The position numbers and the translations under genes were made by a program. From contig OZ024741.1 of the NCBI GenBank assembly GCA_964016885.1, forward strand, positions 258,106,001 to 258,170,000: DNA of 64,000 nt, given 5' to 3'. This document shows positions 37,799 through 51,507 of the stretch, piece after piece (position 1 is the first letter of the stretch; every line of letters begins with the position of its first letter). The notes beneath the pieces were generated by a model that saw only the letters and a program-made list of their open reading frames with translations, was not told the origin of the DNA and ran no database searches. The stretch comes from Eledone cirrhosa. Taxonomy: Eukaryota.

Positions 37799-40682
37799 GT
37801 TTCGCTTTACGAGTGTTTCGACTTACGAGTGTTTTGACATACGAGTGTTTCGGCTTACGAGTGTTTTAATTTACGAGTGTTTTGAATTACGGGTGCTTCG
37901 ACTTACGCGTGTTTCGACTTACGAGTGTTTCGACTTACGAGTGTTTCGACTTACGAGTGATTCGACTTACGAATGTTTTGACTTACGGGTGTTTCGGCTT
38001 GCGAGTGTTTCGACTTACGAGTGTTTCGGCTTATGAGTGTTTCGACTTACTAATGTTTTTACTTACGAGTGTTTCGGCGTACGAGTCTTTTGACTTACGA
38101 GTGTTTCGACTTACGAGTGTTTTGACTTACGAATGTTCTGACTTACGGGTGTTTCGGCTTACGAGTGTTTCGACTTACGAGTGTTTCGGCTGGCGAGTGT
38201 TTCGACTTACGAGTGTTTTGACTTAAGGGTGTTTCGACTTACGAGTGTTTCGATACGAGTGTTTCGACTTACGAGTGTTCTGACTTACGATTGTTCTGAC
38301 TTACGAGCGTTCTGACTTACGAGTGTTCTGACTTACGAGTGTTTCGGCTTATGAGTGTTTCGGCTTACGAGTGTTTCGACTTACGAGTGTTTCGACTTAC
38401 GAGTGTTCCGACTTACGGGTGTTTCGACTTACGAGTGTTTTGGCTTATAGTGTTTCGGCTTACGAGTGTTTCGAGTTAAGTGTTTTGACTTACGCGTGTT
38501 TTGACATACGAGTGTTCTGACTTACGAGTGTTCTGACTTACGAGTGTTCTGACTTACGAGTGTTCTGACTTACGAGTGTTCCAACTTTACGAGTGATTCG
38601 ACTTACGAATGTTTTGACTTACGGGTGTTTCGGCTTGCGAGTGTTTCGACTTACGAGTGTTTCGACTTACGAGTGTTTTGACTTACGAATGTTTTGACTT
38701 ACGGGTGTTTCGGCTTACGAGTGTTTCGACTTACGAGTGTTTCGGCTTGCGAGTGTTTCGACTTACTAATGTTTTTACTTCCGAGTGTTTCGGCGTACGA
38801 GTGTTTCGACTTACGAGTGTTTCGACTTACGGGTGTTTTGACTTACGGGTGTTTCGGCTTACGAGTGTTTCGACTTACGAGTGTTTTGACTTAAGGGTGT
38901 TTCGACTTACGAGTGTTTCGACTTACGAGTGTTTCGACTTACGAGTGTTTCGGATTACGAGTGTTTTGACTTGAGGGTTTTCGACTTACGAGTGTTTCGA
39001 CACGAGTGTTTCGACTTACGAGTTTTCTGACTTACGAGTGTTCTGATTTATGGATGTTTCGACACACGAGTCTTTCGAATTACGAGTGTTTCGACTTACG
39101 AGTGTTTTGACTTACGGGTGTTTTGACATACGAGTGTTTCGATACGAGTGTTTCGACTTACGAGTGTTCTGACTACGAGTGTTCTGACTTACGGGTGTTT
39201 CGACTTACGAGTGTTTCGACTTACGAGTGTTTCGACTTACGAGTGTTTCGACTTACGAGTGTTTCGGATTACGAGTGTTTTGACTTGAGGGTTTTCGACT
39301 TACGAGTGTTTCGATACGAGTGTTTCGACTTACAAGTGTTCTGACTTACGATTGTTCTGACTTACGAGTGTTCTTACTTACGAGTGTTCCGACTTACGAG
39401 TGATTCGGCTTACGAGTGTTTCGACTTACGAGTGTTCCGACTTACGGGTGTTTCGACTTACGAGTGATTCGACTTACGAATGTTTTGACTTACGGGTGTT
39501 TCGGCTTGCGAGTGTTTCGACTTACGAGTGTTTCGACTTACGAGTGTTTTGACTTACGAATGTTTTGACTTACGGGTGTTTCGGCTTACGAGTGTTTCGA
39601 CTTACGAGTGTTTCGGCTTGCGAGTGTTTCGACTTACTAATGTTTTTACTTCCGAGTGTTTCGGCGTACGAGTGTTTCGACTTACGAGTGTTTCGACTTA
39701 CGGGTGTTTTGACTTACGGGTGTTTCGGCTTACGAGTGTTTCGACTTACGAGTGTTTTGACTTAAGGGTGTTTCGACTTACGAGTGTTTCGACTTACGAG
39801 TGTTTCGACTTACGAGTGTTTCGGATTACGAGTGTTTTGACTTGAGGGTTTTCGACTTACGAGTGTTTCGACAGGAGTGTTTCGACTTAGGAGTTTTCTG
39901 ACTTACGAGTGTTCTGATTTATGGATGTTTCGACACACGAGTGTTTCGAATTACGAGTGTTTCGACTTACGAGTGTTTTGACTTACGGGTGTTTTGACAT
40001 ACGAGTGTTTCGATACGAGTGTTTCGACTTACGAGTGTTCTGACTACGAGTGTTCTGACTTACGAGTGTTCTGACTTACGAGTGTTCTTACTTACGAGTG
40101 TTCCGACTTACGAGTGTTTCGGCTTACGAGTGTTTCGACATACGAGTGTTCCGACTTACGGGTGTTTCGACTTACGAGTGTTTTGGCTTACGGTGTTTCG
40201 GCTTACGAGTGTTTCGAGTTACGAGTGTTTTGACTTACGCGTGTTTTGACATACGAGTGTTTCGATACGAGTGTTCTGACTACGAGTGTTCTGACTTACG
40301 AGTGTTTCGGCTTATGAGTGTTTCGACTTACGAGTGTTTCGGCTTATGAGTGTTTCGACTTACGAGTGTTTCGGCTTACGAGTGTTTCGACTTACGAGTG
40401 TTTCGACTTACAAGTGTTTCGACTTACGGGTGTTTCGACTTACGAGTGTTTCGACTACGAGTGTTTCGACTTACGAGTGTTTCGGCTTACGAGTGTTTCG
40501 ACATACGGGTGTTTCGACTTACGGTGTTTCGGCTTACGAGTGTTTCGATACGAGTGTTCTGACTTACGAGTGTTCTGACTTACGAGTGTTCTGACTTACG
40601 AGTGTTCTGACTTACGAGTGTTCCGACTTTACGAGTGTTTCGGCTCACGAGTGTTTCGGCTTACGAGTGTTTCCACTTACGA

Positions 40683-40751
40683 AAATAACAAATAGACGCG
40701 GTTTCAAATCTCTATGCTTTTCAAATTCGTTACATTAATCTTTATTTATAC
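40683..40751 (+). repeat. 69-bp spacer, copy 17
   Basis: CGTTACATTAATC variant. Confidence 0.95.
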
Positions 40752-41908
40752 GTTTCGCTTTACGAGTGTTTCGACTTACGAGTGTTTCGACATACGAGTG
40801 TTTCGGCTTACGAGTGTTTCGACTTACGAGTGTTCCGACTTACGGGTGTTTCGACTTACGAGTGATTCGACTTACGAATGTTTTGACTTACGGGTGTTTC
40901 GGCTTGCGAGTGTTTCGACTTACGAGTGTTTCGACTTACGAGTGTTTTGAATTACGAATGTTTTGACTTACGGGTGTTTCGGCTTACGAGTGTTTCGACT
41001 TACGAGTGTTTCGGCTTGCGAGTGTTTCGACTTACTAATGTTTTTACTTCCGAGTTTTTCGGCATACGAGTGTTTCGACTTACGAGTGTTTCGACTTACG
41101 GGTGTTTTGACTTACGGGTGTTTCGGCTTACGAGTGTTTCGACTTACGAGTGTTTTGACTTAAGGGTGTTTCGACTTACGAGTGTTTCGACTTACGAGTG
41201 TTTCGACTTACGAGTGTTTCGGATTACGAGTGTTTTGACTTGAGGGTTTTCGACTTACGAGTGTTTCGACACGAGTGTTTCGATTTACGAGTTTTCTGAC
41301 TTACGAGTGTTCTGATTTATGGATGTTTCGACACACGAGTGTTTCGAATTACGAGTGTTTCGACTTACGAGTGTTTTGACTTACGGGTGTTTTGACATAC
41401 GAGTGTTTCGATACGAGTGTTTCGACTTACGTGTGTTCTGACTTACGAGTGTTCTGACTTACGAGTGTTCTGACTTACGAGTGTTCTTACTTACGAGTGT
41501 TCCGACTTACGAGTGTTTCGGCTTACGAGTGTTTCGACATACGAGTGTTCCGACTTACGGGTGTTTCGACTTACGAGTGTTTTGGCTTACGGTGTTTCGG
41601 CTTACGAGTGTTTCGAGTTACGAGTGTTTTGACTTACGCGTGTTTTGACATACGAGTGTTTCGATACGAGTGTTCCGACTTACGGGTGTTTCGACTTACG
41701 AGTGTTTTGGCTTACGGTGTTTCGACTTACGAGTGTTTCGAGTTAAGAGTGTTTTGAGTTACGCGTGTTTTGACATACGAGTGTTCTGACTTACGAGTGT
41801 TCTGACTTACGAGTGTTCTGACTTACGAGTGTTCTGACTTACGAGTGTTCCGACTTTACAGTGTTTCGGCTCACGAGTGTTTCGGCTTACGAGTGTTTCG
41901 ACTTACAA

Positions 41909-41977
41909 AAATAACAAATAGACGCGGTTTCAAATCTCTATGCTTTTCAAATTCATTACATTAATCTTTATTTATAC
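41909..41977 (+). repeat. 69-bp spacer, copy 18
   Basis: Preceded by GACTTACAA, followed by GTTTCGCTTTATGATAG. Confidence 0.95.
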
Positions 41978-43621
41978 GTTTCGCTTTATGATAGTTTCGA
42001 CTTACGAGTGTTTCGACATACGAGTGTTTCAGCTTACGAGTGTTTTGATTTACGAGTGTTTTGACTTACGGGTGCTTCGACTTACGCGTGTTTCGACTTA
42101 CGAGTGTTTCGACTTACGAGTGTTTTGACTTACGAATGTTTTGACTTACGATTGTTTCGGCTTACGAATGTTTCGACTTACGAGTGTTCTGACTACGAGT
42201 GTTCTGACTTACGGGTGTTCTGACTTACGAGTGCTTCGACTTACGAGTTTTTCGGCATACGAGTGTTTCGACTTACGAGTGTTTCGACTTACGGGTGTTT
42301 TGACTTACGGGTGTTTCGGCTTACGAGTGTTTCGACTTACGAGTGTTTTGACTTAAGGGTGTTTCGACTTACGAGTGTTTCGACTTACGAGTGTTTCGAC
42401 TTACGAGTGTTTCGGATTACGAGTGTTTTGACTTGAGGGTTTTCGACTTACGAGTGTTTCGACACGAGTGTTTCGACTTACGAGTTTTCTGACTTACGAG
42501 TGTTCTGATTTATGGATGTTTCGACACACGAGTGTTTCGAATTACGAGTGTTTCGACTTACGAGTGTTTTGACTTACGGGTGTTTTGACATACGAGTGTT
42601 TCGATACGAGTGTTTCGACTTACGTGTGTTCTGACTTACGAGTGTTCTGACTTACGAGTGTTCTGACTTACGAGTGTTCTTACTTACGAGTGTTCCGACT
42701 TACGAGTGTTTCGGCTTACGAGTGTTTCGACTTACGAGTGTTTCGACTTACGAGTGTTTCGGATTACGAGTGTTTTGACTTGAGGGTTTTCGACTTACGA
42801 GTGTTTCGACACGAGTGTTTCGACTTACGAGTTTTCTGACTTACGAGTGTTCTGATTTATGGATGTTTCGACACACGAGTGTTTCGAATTACGAGTGTTT
42901 CGACTTACGAGTGTTTTGACTTACGGGTGTTTTGACATACGAGTGTTTCGATACGAGTGTTTCGACTTACGAGTGTTCTGACTTACGAGTGTTCTGACTT
43001 ACGAGTGTTCTGACTTACGAGTGTTCTTACTTACGAGTGTTCCGACTTACGAGTGTTTCGGCTTACGAGTGTTTCGACATACGAGTGTTCCGACTTACGG
43101 GTGTTTCGACTTACGAGTGTTTTGGCTTACGGTGTTTCGGCTTACGAGTGTTTCGAGTTACGAGTGTTTTGACTTACGCGTGTTTTGACATACGAGTGTT
43201 TCGATACGAGTGTTCTGACTACGAGTGTTCTGACTTACGAGTGTTTCGGCTTATGAGTGTTTCGACTTACGAGTGTTTCGGCTTATGAGTGTTTCGACTT
43301 ACGAGTGTTTCGGCTTACGAGTGTTTCGACTTACGAGTGTTTCGACTTACAAGTGTTTCGACTTACGGGTGTTTCGACTTACGAGTGTTTCGACTACGAG
43401 TGTTTCGACTTACGAGTGTTTCGGCTTACGAGTGTTTCGACATACGGGTGTTTCGACTTACGGTGTTTCGGCTTACGAGTGTTTCGATACGAGTGTTCTG
43501 ACTTACGAGTGTTCTGACTTACGAGTGTTCTGACTTACGAGTGTTCTGACTTACGAGTGTTCCGACTTTACGAGTGTTTCGGCTCACGAGTGTTTCGGCT
43601 TACGAGTGTTTCCACTTACGA

Positions 43622-43690
43622 AAATAACAAATAGACGCGGTTTCAAATCTCTATGCTTTTCAAATTCGTTACATTAATCTTTATTTAAAC
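43622..43690 (+). repeat. 69-bp spacer, copy 19
   Basis: CGTTACATTAATC variant with TTTAAAC end. Confidence 0.95.
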
Positions 43691-44404
43691 GTTTCGCTTT
43701 ACGAGTGTTTCGACTTACGAGTGTTTCGACATACGAGTGTTTCGGCTTACGAGTGTTTTAATTTACGAGTGTTTTGAATTACGGGTGCTTCGACTTACGA
43801 GTGTTTCGGCTTACGAGTGTTTCGACTTACGAGTGTTCCGACTTACGGGTGTTTCGACTTACGAGTGATTCGACTTACGAATGTTTTGACTTACGGGTGT
43901 TTCGGCTTGCGAGTGTTTCGACTTACGAGTGTTTCGACTTACGAGTGTTTTGACTTACGAGTGTTCTGACTTACGAGTGTTCTTACTTACGAGTGTTCCG
44001 ACTTACGAGTGTTTCGGCTTACGAGTGTTTCGACATACGAGTGTTCCGACTTACGGGTGTTTCGACTTACGAGTGTTTTGGCTTACGGTGTTTCGGCTTA
44101 CGAGTGTTTCGAGTTACGAGTGTTTTGACTTACGCGTGTTTTGACATACGAGTGTTTCGATACGAGTGTTCCGACTTACGGGTGTTTCGACTTACGAGTG
44201 TTTTGGCTTACGGTGTTTCGACTTACGAGTGTTTCGAGTTAAGAGTGTTTTGAGTTACGCGTGTTTTCACATACGAGTGTTCTGACTTACGAGTGTTCTG
44301 ACTTACGAGTGTTCTGACTTACGAGTGTTCTGACTTACGAGTGTTCCGACTTTACAGTGTTTCGGCTCACGAGTGTTTCGGCTTACGAGTGTTTCGACTT
44401 ACAA

Positions 44405-44473
44405 AAATAACAAATAGACGCGGTTTCAAATCTCTATGCTTTTCAAATTCATTACATTAATCTTTATTTATAC
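44405..44473 (+). repeat. 69-bp spacer, copy 20
   Basis: Same flanks as copy 18 (+2496). Confidence 0.95.
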
Positions 44474-47085
44474 GTTTCGCTTTATGATAGTTTCGACTTA
44501 CGAGTGTTTCGACATACGAGTGTTTCAGCTTACGAGTGTTTTGATTTACGAGTGTTTTGACTTACGGGTGCTTCGACTTACGCGTGTTTCGACTTACGAG
44601 TGTTTCGACTTACGAGTGTTTTGACTTACGAATGTTTTGACTTACGATTGTTTCGGCTTACGAATGTTTCGACTTACGAGTGTTCTGACTACGAGTGTTC
44701 TGACTTACGGGTGTTCTGACTTACGAGTGCTTCGACTTACGAGTGTTTCGGCTTACGGGTGTTTCGACTTACGAATGTTTTTGCTTACGAGTGTTTCGGC
44801 TTACGAGTGTTTCGGCTTATGAGTGTTTCGACTTACGAGTGTTTTGACTTACGGGTGTTTTGACATACGAGTGTTTCGATACGAGTGTTCTGACTTACGA
44901 GTGTTTCCGCTTACGAGTGTTTCGGCTTACGAGTGTTTCGACTTACTAATGTTTTTACTTACGAGTGTTTCGGTGTACGAGTGTTTCGACATAAGGATGT
45001 TTCGACTTACGAGTGTTTCGACTTACGAGTGTTTCGACTTACGAGTGTTTCGACTTACGAGTGTTTTGGCTTACGAATGTTTTGAATTACGGGTGTTTCG
45101 ACTTACGGGTGTTTCGGCTTACGAGTGTTTCGACTTACGAGTGTTTTGACTTACGAGTGTTCTGACTTACGAGTGTTCTGACTTATGAGTGTTCCGACTT
45201 ACGAGTGTTCCGACTTACGAGTGTTTCGGCTTACGAGTGTTTCGACTTACGGGCGTTTCGACTTACGGGTGTTTCGACTTACGAGTGTTTTAACTTACGA
45301 GTGTTCTGACTTACGAGTGTTCTGACTTACGAGTGTTCCGACTTACGACTGTTTCGACTTACGAGTGTTTTGACTTACGAGTGTTCCGACTTACGAGTGT
45401 TTCGGCTTACGGGTGTTTCGACGTACGAGTATTTTTGGCTTACGAGTGTTTCGACTTACGAGTGTTTTGAATTACGATTGTTTCGGCTTACGAGTGTTTC
45501 GACTTACGAGTATTTCGACTTACGAGTGTTTTGACTTATGGGTGTTTTGACATACGAGTGTTTTGATACGAATGCTCTGACTTACGAGTGTTCCGACTTA
45601 CGAGTGTTCTGACTTACGAGTGTTCTGACTTACGGGTGTTCTGACTTACGTGTGTTCCGACTTACGAGTGTTTCGGCTATGGGTGTTTCGACTTACGAGT
45701 GTTTCGACTTACGAATGTTTTGGCTTACGAGTGTTTCGGCTTACGAGTGTTTCGACTTACGAATGTTTTGGCTTACGAGTGTTTCGGCTTACGGGTGTTT
45801 CGACTTACGAGTTATTCGACATACGAGTGTTTCGACTTACGGGTGTTTCGACTTACGGGTGTTTCGACTTACGAGTGTTTCGATTAATGAGTGTTTCGAC
45901 TTACGAGTGTTCTGACTTACGAGTGTTCTGACTTACGAGTGTTCCGACTTACGAGTGTTTCGGTTTACGAGTGTTTCGACACACGAGTGTTTTGACTTAC
46001 GGGGGTTTCGACTTACGGATGTTTCGACTTACGAGTGTTTCGGCTTACGAGTGTTTCGACTTACTAATGTTTTTACTTACGAGTGTTTCGGTGTTCGAGT
46101 GTTTCGACTTAAGGATGTTTCGACTTACGAGAGTTTCGACTTACGAGTGTTTCGGCTTACGTGAGTTTCGACTTAAGGGTGTTTTGACTTACGGGTGTTG
46201 TGAATTACGAGTGTTCCGATTTACGAGTGTTTTGACTTACGGTGTTTCGGCTTACGAGTTATTCGACTTACGAATGTTTTGACTTACGGGTGTTTCGGCT
46301 TGCGAGTGTTTCGACTTACGAGTGTTTCGGCTTATGAGTGTTTCGGCTTACGAGTGTTCCGACTTACGAGTGTTCCGACTTACGAGTGTTTCGGCTTACG
46401 AGTGTTTCCGGCTTACGAGTGTTTCGACTTACGAGTGTTTCGACTTACGAGTGTTTTGACTTACGGTGTTTCGGCTTACGAGTGATTAGACTTACGAGTG
46501 TTTTGACTTACGGGTGTTTCGACTTACGAGTGTTTCGATACGAGTGTTTCGACTTACGAGTGTTTCGGCTTACGAGCGTTTCGACTTACGAGTGTTTCGA
46601 CTTACGTGTGTTCTGATTTACGGATGTTTCGACATACGGGTGTTTCGACTTACGAGTGTTTCGACTTACGAGTGTTTTGACTTACGGGTGTTTTGAGATA
46701 CGAGTGTTTCGATACGAGTGTTTCGACTTACGAGTGTTCTGACTTCCGATTGTTCTGACTTACGAGCGTTCTGACTTACGAGTGTTTCGGCTTACGAGTG
46801 TTTCGGCTTACGAGTGTTTCGACTTACGAGTGTTTCGACTTACGAGTGTTCCGACTTACGGGTGTTTCGACTTACGAGTGTTTTGGCTCACGATGTTTCG
46901 ACTTACGAGTGTTTCGAGTTAAGAGTGTTTTGAATTACGCGTGTTTTGACATACGAGTGTTCTGACTTACGAGTGTTCTGACTTACGAGTGTTCTGACTT
47001 ACGAGTGTTCTGACTTACGAGTGTTCCGACTTTACGAGTGTTTCGGCTCACGAGTGTTTCGGCTTACGAGTGTTTTGACTTACGA

Positions 47086-47154
47086 AAATAACATATAGAC
47101 GCGGTTTCAAATCTCTATGCTTTTCAAATTCATTACATTAATCTTTATTTATAC
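47086..47154 (+). repeat. 69-bp spacer, copy 21
   Basis: Private AACATATAGAC variant. Confidence 0.95.
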
Positions 47155-49413
47155 GTTTCGCTTTACGAGTGTTTCGACTTACGAGTGTTTCGACATACGA
47201 GTGTTTCGACTTACGAATGTTTTTGCTTACGGGTGTTTCGACTTACGAATGTTTTTGCTTACGAGTGTTTCGGTTTACGAGTGTTCCGACTTACGAGTGT
47301 TCCGACTTACGAGTGTTTCGGCTTACGAGTGTTTCCGGCTTACGAGTGTTTCGACTTACGAGTGTTTCGACTTACGAGTGTTTTGACTTACGGGGTTTCG
47401 GCTTACGAGTGATTAGACTTACGAGTGTTTTGACTTACGGGTGTTTTGACTTACGGGTGTTGTGAATTACGAGTGTTCCGATTTACGAGTGTTTTGACTT
47501 ACGGTGTTTCGGCTTACAAGTGATTCGACTTACGAATGTTTTGACTTACGGGTGTTTCGGCTTGCGAGTGTTTCGACTTACGAGTGTTTCGGCTTATGAG
47601 TGTTTCGACTTACTAATGTTTTTACTTACGAGTGTTTCGGCGTACGAGTGTTTTGACTTACGAGTGTTTCGACTTACGAGTGTTTTGACTTACGAATGTT
47701 TTGACTTACGGGTGTTTCGGCTTACGAGTGTTTCGACTTACGAGTGTTTCGGCTTGCGAGTGTTTCGACTTACTAATGTTTTTACTTACGAGTGTTTCGG
47801 CGTACGAGTGTTTCGATTTACGAGTGTTTCGAGTTACGGGTGTTTTAACTTACGGGTGTTTCGGCTTACGAGTGTTTCGACTTACGAGTGTTTTGACTTA
47901 AGGGTGTTTCGACTTACGAGTGTTTCGACTTACGAGTGTTTCGACTTACGGGTGTTTCGACTTACGAGTGTTTTGACTTAAGGGTGTTTCGACTTACGAG
48001 TGTTTCGATACGAGTGTTTCGACTTACGAGTGTTTCGGCTTACGAGTGTTTCGACTTACGAGTGTTTCGACTTACGAGTGTTATGATTTACGGATGTTTC
48101 GACATACGAGTGTTTCGACTTACGAGTGTTTCGACTTACGAGTGTTTTGACTTACGGGTGTTTTGACATACGAGTGTTTCGATACGAGTGTTTCGACTTA
48201 CGAGTGATCTGACTTACGATTGTTCTGACTCACGAGCGTTCTGACTTACGAGTGTTTCGGTTTACGAGTGTTTCGGCTTACGAGTGTTTCGAGTTACGAG
48301 TGTTTCGACTTACGAGTGTTCCGACTTACGGGTGTTTCGACTTACGAGTGTTTTGGCTTACGGTGTTTCGACTTACGAGTGTTTCGAGTTAAGAGTGTTT
48401 TGACTTACGCATGTTTTGACATACGAGTGTTCTGACTTACGAGTGTTCTGACTTACGAGTGTTCTGACTTACGAGTGTTCTGACTTACGAGTGTTCTGAC
48501 TTACGAGTGATTAGACTTACGAGTGTTTTGACTTACGGGTGTTTTGACTTACGGGTGTTGTGAATTACGAGTGTTCCGATTTACGAGTGTTTTGACTTAC
48601 GGTGTTTCGGCTTACAAGTGATTCGACTTACGAATGTTTTGACTTACGGGTATTTCGGCTTGCGAGTGTTTCGACTTACGAGTGTTTCGGCTTATGAGTG
48701 TTTCGACTTACTAATGTTTTTACTTACGAGTGTTTCGGCGTACGAGTGTTTTGACTTACGAGTGTTTTGACTTACGGGTGTTTCGGCTTACGAGTGTTTC
48801 GACTTACGAGTGTTTCGGCTTGCGAGTGTTTCGACTTACTAATGTTTTTACTTACGAGTGTTTCGGCGTACGAGTGTTTCGACTTACGAGTGTTTCGACT
48901 TACGGGTGTTTTGACTTACGGGTGTTTCGGCTTACGAGTGTTTCGACTTACGAGTGTTTTGACTTAAGGGTGTTTCGACTTACGAGTGTTTCGACTTACG
49001 AGTGTTTCGACTTACGAGTGTTTCGGATTACGAGTGTTTTGACTTGAGGGTTTTCGACTTACGAGTGTTTCGATACGAGTGTTTCGACTTACGAGTGTAT
49101 CTGACTTACGAGTGTTCTGATTTACGGATGTTTTGACACACGAGTGTTTCGAATTACGATTGTTTCGACTTACGAGTGTTTTGACTTACGGGTGTTTTTA
49201 CATACGAGTGTTTCGATACGAGTGTTTCGACTTACGAGTGTTCTGACTTACGAGTGTTCTGACTTACGAGTGTTCTGACTTACAAGTGTTCTTACTTACG
49301 AGTGTTCCGACTTACGAGTGTTCCGACTTACGAGTGTTTCGGCTTACGAATGTTTCGACTTACGAGTGTTTCGACTTACGAGTGTTCCGACTTACGGGTG
49401 TTTCGACTTACGA

Positions 49414-49482
49414 AAATAACAAATAGACGCGGTTTCAAATCTCTATGCTTTTCAAATTCATTACATTAATCTTTATTTATAC
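49414..49482 (+). repeat. 69-bp spacer, copy 22
   Basis: Reference form followed by GCTTCGCTTT; atypical upstream flank. Confidence 0.95.
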
Positions 49483-51438
49483 GCTTCGCTTTACGAGTGT
49501 TTCGACTTACGAGTGTTTCGACATGCGAGTGTTTCGACTTACGAGTGTTTCGATTACGAGTGTTTCGGCTTACGAGTGTTTTGACTTACGAATGTTTTGA
49601 CTTACGATTGTTTCGGCTTACGAGTGTTTCGACTTACGAGTGTTCTGACTACGAGTGTTCTGACTTACGGGTGTTCTGACTTACGAGTGTTCCGACTTAC
49701 CAGTGTTTCGGCTTATGAGTGTTTCGACTTACGAGTGTTCTGACTACGAGTGTTTCGACTTACGAGTGTTCTGACTACGAGTGTTCTGACTTACGGGTGT
49801 TCTGACTTACGAGTGTTCCGACTTACGAGTGCTTCGACTTACGAGTGTTTCGGCTTACGGGTGTTTCGACTTACGAATGTTTTTGCTTACGAGTGTTTCG
49901 GCTTACGAGTGTTTCGGCTTATGAGTGTTTCGACTTACGAGTGTTTTGACTTACGGGTGTTTTGACATACGAGTGTTTCGATACGAGTGTTCTGACTTAC
50001 GAGTGTTTCCGCTTACGAGTGTTTCGGCTTACGAGTGTTTCGACTTACTAATGTTTTTACTTACAAGTGTTTCGGTGTACGAGTGTTTCGACTTAAGGAT
50101 GTTTCGACTTACGAGTGTTTCGACTTACGAGTGTTCTGACTACGAATGTTTTGACTTACGGGTGTTTCGACTTACGGGTGTTTCGGCTTACGAGTGTTTC
50201 GACTTACGAGTGTTTTGACTTACGAGTGTTCTGACTTACGAGTGTTCTGACTTATGAGTGTTCCGACTTACGAGTGTTCCGACTTACGAGTGTTTCGGCT
50301 TACGAGTGTTTCGGCTTACGAGTGTTTCGGCTTACGAGTGTTTTGACTTACGAGTGTTCTGACTACGAGTGTCTGACTTACGGGTGTTCTGACTTTCGAG
50401 TGTTCCGACTTACGAGTGTTTCGGCTTATGAGTGTTTCGACTTACGGGCGTTTCGACTTACGGGTGTTTCGACTTACGAGTGTTTTGACTTACGAGTGTT
50501 CTGACTTACGAGTGTTCTGACTTACGAGTGTTCCGACTTACGACTGTTTCGACTTACGAGTGTTTTGACTTACGAGTGTTCCGACTTACGAGTGTTTCGG
50601 CTTACGGGTGTTTCGACGTACGAGTATTTTTGGCTTACGAGTGTTCCGACTTACGAGTGTCTCGGCTTACGAGTGTTTCGGCTTACGAGTGTTTCGACTT
50701 ACGAGTGTTTCGACTTACGAGTGTTCCGACTTACGGGTGTTTCGACTTACGAGTGTTTTGGCTTACGGTGTTTCGACTTACGAGTGTTTCGGCTTACGAG
50801 TGTTTTGACTTAAGGGTGTTTCGACTTACGAGTGTTCTGATTTACGGATGTTTCGACATACGAGTGTTTCGACTTATGAGGGTTTCGACTTACGAGTGTT
50901 TCGGCTTACGAGTGTTTCGACTTACGAGTGTTTCGACTTACGAGTGTTCTGATTTACGGATGTTTCGACATACGAGTGTTTCGACTTACGAGTGTTTCGA
51001 CTTACGAGTGTTTTGACTTACGTGTGTTTTGACATACGAGTGTTTCGATACGAGTGTTTCGACTTACGAGTGTTCTGACTTACGATTGTTCTGACTTGCG
51101 AGCGTTCTGGCTTACGAGTGTTTCGGCTTACGAGTGTTTCGGCTTACGAGTGTTTCGACTTACGAGTGTTTCGACTTACGAGTGTTCCGACTTATGGGTG
51201 TTTTGACTTACGAGTGTTTTGGCTTACGGTGTTTCGACTTACGAGTGTTTCGAGTTAAGAGTGTTTTGACTTACGCGTGTTTTGACATACGAGTGTTCTG
51301 ACTTACGAGTGTTTCTGACTTACGAGTGTTCTGACTTACGAGTGTTCTGACTTACGCGTGTTCTGACTTACGAGTGTTCCGACTTCACGAGTGTTTCGGC
51401 TCACGACTGTTTCGGCTTACGAGTGTTTCGACTTACGA

Positions 51439-51507
51439 AAATAACAAATAGACGCGGTTTCAAATCTCTATGCTTTTCAAATTCATTACATTAATCTTTA
51501 TTTATAC
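51439..51507 (+). repeat. 69-bp spacer, copy 23
   Basis: Reference form. Confidence 0.95.

Larger units (their letters stand above)
37000..44730 (+). repeat. Mosaic zone of shorter duplications (871, 2496, 2939, 2969 bp)
   Basis: 38657/39528; 37129/40098/43037; 41497/43993; 41940/44436. Confidence 0.85.
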
